From NCBI RefSeq assembly GCF_963921235.1, contig NC_086097.1, positions 244,654,001 to 244,718,000 on the forward strand: a stretch of DNA of 64,000 bases, read 5' to 3'. This document shows positions 59,365 through 64,000 of the stretch, piece by piece. Positions within the stretch are counted from its first letter, which is position 1, and every line of letters starts with the position of its first letter. Source of the stretch: Mobula hypostoma (Eukaryota). A model generated the notes under the pieces. It was not told the origin of the DNA. It searched no databases and saw only the letters and a list, made by a program, of their open reading frames with translations. The position numbers were made by a program, and so were the translations under genes.

Positions 59365-62300
59365 ATAGAAAACCTACAGCACAATACAGGCCCTTTGGCC
59401 CACAAAATTGTGCCGAACATGTCCCTACCTTAGAAATTACTAGGCTTACCCATAGCCCTCTACTTTTCTAAGCTCCATGTACCAATCCAAAAGTCTTTTA
59501 AAAGACCCTATCATATCCGCCTCCACCACCGTCGCCGGCAGCCCATTCCACACACTCACCACTCTCTGAGTAAAAAACTTACCCCTGACATCTCTGTACC
59601 TACTCCCCAGCACCTTAAACCTGTGTCCTCTTGTGGCAACCATTTCAGCCCTGCGAAAAAGCCTCTGACTATCCACGCGATCAATGTCTCTCATCATCTT
59701 ATACACCTCTATCAGGTCACCTCTCATCCTCCGTCGCTCCAAGGAGAAAAGGCCGAGCCACTCAACCTATTCTCAAAAGGCATGCTCCCCAAACCAGGCA
59801 ACATCCTTGTAAATCTCCTCTGCCCCCTTTCAATGGTTTTCACATCCTTCCTGTAGTGAGGTGACCAGAACTGAGCACGGTACTCCAAGTGGGGTCTGAC
59901 CAGGGTTCTATATAGCTGCAACATTACCTCTCGGCTCCTAAACTCAATCCCACAATTGATGAAGGCCAATACACCGTACGCCTTCTTAACCACAGAGTCA
60001 ACCTGCGCAGCTGCTTTGAGCATCCTATGGACTCGGACCCCAAGATCCCTCTGATCCTCCACACTGCCAAGAGTCTTACCAGTAATACTACATTCTGCCA
60101 TCATCTTTGACCGACCAAAATGAACCACTTCACACTTACCGTGGTTGAACTCCATCTGCCACTTCTCAGCCCAGTTTTGCATCCTATCAATGTCCCACTG
60201 TAACCTCTGACAGCCATCCACACTATCCATAACACCTCCAACCTTTGTGTCATCAGCAAACTTACTAACCCATCCCTCCAGTTTCTCATCCAGGTCATTT
60301 ATAAAAATCACAAAGATTAAGGGTCCCAGAACAGATCCCTGAGGCATTCCACTGGTGACTGACCTCCATGCAGAATATGACCCGTCTACAACCACTCTTT
60401 GCCTTTTGTGGGCAAGCCAGTTCTGGATCCACAAAGCAATGTCCCCTTGGATCCCATGCCTCCTTACTTTCACAATAAGCCTTGCATGGGGTACCTTATC
60501 AAATGCCTTGCTGAAATCCATATACACTACATCTACTGCTCTTCCTTCACCAATGTGTTTTGTCACATCCTCAAAAAATTCAATCAGTCAGTCAGCGCCT
60601 CTTCCCCAGAGCACCACTGCTTAATACAAGAGGACATGGCTTTAAGGTAAGGGGTGGGAAGTTCAAGGGGGATATTAGAGGAAGGTTTTTACTCAGAGAG
60701 TGGTTGGTGTGTGGAATGCACTGCCTGAGTCAGCGGTGGAGGCAGATACACTTGTGAAATTTAAGAGACTACTAGACAGGTATATGGAGGAATTTAAGGT
60801 GGGAGGTTATATGGGAGGCAGCGTTTAAGGGTCGGCACAACATTGTGGGCTGAAGGGCCTGTACTGTGCTGTACTGTTCTATGTTCTATCTACAGGCTCA
60901 AGCTTTTCAGTCTGCTGCAAGTCATCACTACAAACACCAAGATCCTTTTCCATAGTAAATACCGAAGTAAAGTATTCATTAAGTACCGCTGCTATTTCCT
61001 CTGGTTCCATACATACTTTCCCACTGTCACACTTGATAGGTCCTATTCTTTCACGTCTTATCCTCTTGGTCTTCACATACTTGTAGAATGCCTTGGGGTT
61101 TTCCTTAATCCTGTCCACCAAGGCCTTCTCATGGCCCCTTCTGTCCCTCTTAATTTCCTTCTTACGCTCCTCCCTATTAGCCTTATAATCTTCTAGATCT
61201 CCAACATTACTGAGCTCTCTGAAACTTTTGTAAGCTTTTCCTCTTGACTAGATTTATTACAGCCTTTGTACAGCGCGGTTCCTGTACCCTACCATAACTT
61301 CCCTGTCTCATTGGAACGTATTTATGCAGAACTCCACACAAATATCCCTTGAACATTTGCCACATTTCTTCCGTACTCTTCCCTGAGAACATCTGTTCCC
61401 AATTTAAGCTTCCACTTTCCTGCCTGATAGCTTCATAATTCCCCTTGCTCCAATTAAATGCTTTTCTAACTTGTCTGTTCCTATCTCTCTCCAATGCTAT
61501 TGTAAAGGAAATAGAATTATTATCACTATCTCCAAGATGTTCTCCCACTGAGAGATCTGAGACCTGACCAGGTTCATTTCCCAATACCAAATCAAGTACA
61601 GCCTCTCCTCTTGTAGGCTTATCTACATATTGTGTCAAGAAACCTTCCTGAACACACCTAACAAACTCCACCTCATCTAAACCCCTTGTTCTAGGGAGAT
61701 GCCAATCGATATTTGGGAAATTAAAATCTCGCATCACGACAACTCTGTTGTTTTTACACCTTTCCAGGATCTGTTTCCCTATCTGCTCCTCGATATCCCT
61801 GTTACTATTGGGCGGCCTATAAAAAACACCCAGTTAAGTTATTGACCCCTTCCTGTTCGCACAGAGACTCTGTAGACAATCCCTCCATGGCGTCCACCGT
61901 TTCTGCCGCCTTGACACCATCTCTGATCAACAGTACCACGTTCCCACCTCTTTTGCCTCCCTCCCTATCCTTTCTGAAACATCTAAGACCTGGCACGTGA
62001 AGTAACCATTCCTGTCCCTGAGTCATCCAAGTCTCTGTAATGGCCACCACATCATAGCTCAAAGTACTGATCCACGCTCTAAGCTCATCCGCTTTGTTCA
62101 CAACACTCCTTACGTTAAAATAGATGCATCTCAACCCTTTGGTCTGAGCGCGTCCCTTCTCTATCACCTGCCTATCCTCCCTCTCGCACTGTCTACAAGC
62201 TTTCTCTATTTGTGAGCCAACCTCCTCTTCCCCAGTCTCTTCAGTTCGGTTCCCACCCCCCAACAATTCTGGTTTAAACTCTCCCCAGTAGCCTTAGCAA

Positions 62301-63320
62301 ACCTCCCTGCCAGGATATTGGTCCCCTGGGATTCAAGTGCAACCTGTCCTTTTTGTACAGGTCACACCTGCCCCAAAAGAGGTCCCAATGATCCAGAAAT
62401 CTGAATCCCTGCCTCCTGTTCCGGTCCCTCAGCCACGCATTTATCCTCCACCTCATTCTATTCCTATTCTCACTGCCGCATGGCACAGATAGTAATCCCA
62501 AGATTACTGCCTTTGCTGTCCTGCTTCTCAACTTCCTTCCTAACACCGTGTAGTCTTTTTTCAGGACCTCTTCCCTTTTCCTACCTATTTCATTGGTACC
62601 AATATGTACCACGACCTCTGGCTGTTCTCCCTCCCACTGCAGAATATCTTGGACGCGATCTGAAACATCCTGGATACTGGCACCTGGGAGTCAAACTACT
62701 ATCTGAGTTTCTTTCCTGTGTCCACAGAATCGCCTGTCTGACCCCCTAATTATAGAGTCCCCTATCACTGCTGCCATCCTCTCCCTTTCCCTACCCTGCT
62801 GAGCCACAGGGCCAGACTCTGTGCCAGAGGCACAGCCACTGTAGGGGCCCCCCCAAAAGTACTCAAACAGGTGTACTTATTGTTAAGGGGTACAAGCACA
62901 GGGGTACTGTCTTGTACCTGACTCTTTCCTCCTTCCCCCTCCTGACTGTGACTCACTTGTCTGTCTCCCGTGGCCCTGGTGTGACTTCATGCCTATAATT
63001 CCTCTCTATCACCTCCTGGCTCTCCCTGACTAGGCAAAAGTCTTTGAACTGCATCTGCAGTTCCTTAACTCAGTCCCTTAGGAACTGCAGCTGGACACAC
63101 CTGGTGCAGATATGGCTGTCCGGGAGGCTGGGAGACTCCAGGACCTCCCACATCTGACACCGAGCACAGAAAACTGGCCTCACACACATACTTCCTTCTT
63201 TCCATAAATAACACCGGTAAACCTACCTCGCCTCGACCCATTACCACCTAAGCCCGTTGAGCCAAAGCCTTATCACTCTGCTGCTTCTCACTCCACTGCC
63301 CGCTGGATATGGTGGTCTTT
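59365..63320 (-). mobile_element. Near full-length decayed CR1 LINE
   Basis: ORF1 N-terminal CxxC..CxxC at about 63090-63170, esterase motifs HIGTNE/DRLHLN, APE motif ITETW and RT motif KFADD. Confidence 0.92.
60588..60889 (+). mobile_element. Short CR1 3' end inserted in the opposite orientation
   Basis: Near-identical to the 5856-6245 insert (QRLFPRAPLLNTRGHGFKV). No TSD, and host sequence is missing at the junction. Confidence 0.85.
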
Positions 63321-64000
63321 TTAAACCTTTCAGGCAATGTATTCCAGGTACTCACCACTCTGGCTCAAAAAGATTCCTCTGAATTTTCTTCATCCTTGCA
63401 CTAAATTGATACCCTCTAATTTAATTGACCTCAGGTAAGTGGATAGATTTCTTGCTGTCTAGCTAATCAATGCCCCTTATAATTGTATGTACCCTAATTG
63501 TGCCCCCTCTGCTCCAGGGAGAGCAGACCCAGCTTCTCCTGTCTCCACATCACCGAACTGCTCCATCACAGGTAATATCCTGATGAACCTCTTCTGCACC
63601 CTCTGGAGCACTGTCAGATCCTTATAAAAGCAAAAATGTAATGCTGAGTATTTATAAAGCGTTGGTCAGACCGTATTTGGAGTATTATGATCAGTTTTGG
63701 GTCCCTGTCATTGAGTAGAGTCCAGAGGAGGTTCTTGTGAATGACCCGGGAATAAAAGGGATGATGTATGAGGAGCATTTGATGACTCTGGGCCTGTACT
63801 CAGTGAAGTTTAGAGGAATTTGTTTGGTGTGGGGGTGCAATTCTCATTGAACCCCATCGAATATTGAAAGACCAAGATGGACTAAAAGTGCAGAGGATGT
63901 TTCCTATAGTGGGGAATCTAGGACCTGAGGACACAGCGTCAGAGTAGAAGCATGCCCCTTTAGAACTGAGAGGAGGCAAATTTCTTCAGTCAGACAGTGG

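Overview
This is eukaryotic, repeat-saturated intronic DNA. The repeat mix (CR1, Penelope, RTE, V-SINE) suggests a cartilaginous fish (ray or shark), but that is inference. The only host gene is on the + strand: five small GT-AG exons (79, 104, 92, 76 and 98 nt) that splice in frame into part of the TOG1 domain of a CLASP microtubule regulator, probably CLASP2. The introns are 15.5, 25.6, 3.5 and 10.4 kb. They are filled with nested elements: CR1 LINEs with esterase ORF1, two RTE LINEs and their non-autonomous derivatives, Penelope-like elements, Rex/Babar fragments, Tc1/mariner/Tigger DNA transposons, SINEs and a solo-LTR-like insert. Nearly all short ORFs in the track are TE fragments or noise. 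The main finding is at the exact 5' end of the full-length RTE LINE (2869-3037), which folds by hand into a complete HDV/CPEB3-like double-pseudoknot ribozyme. It has an unusual architecture: a hairpin inserted in L3, a ~105-nt J1/2 domain and essentially no P4. A sequence-unrelated RTE-type element at 15367 carries a decayed ribozyme with the same L3-hairpin design. Penelope-derived minimal hammerhead ribozymes are also present, with an intact copy at 13637-13672. All folds and family assignments are by eye and have not been tested.
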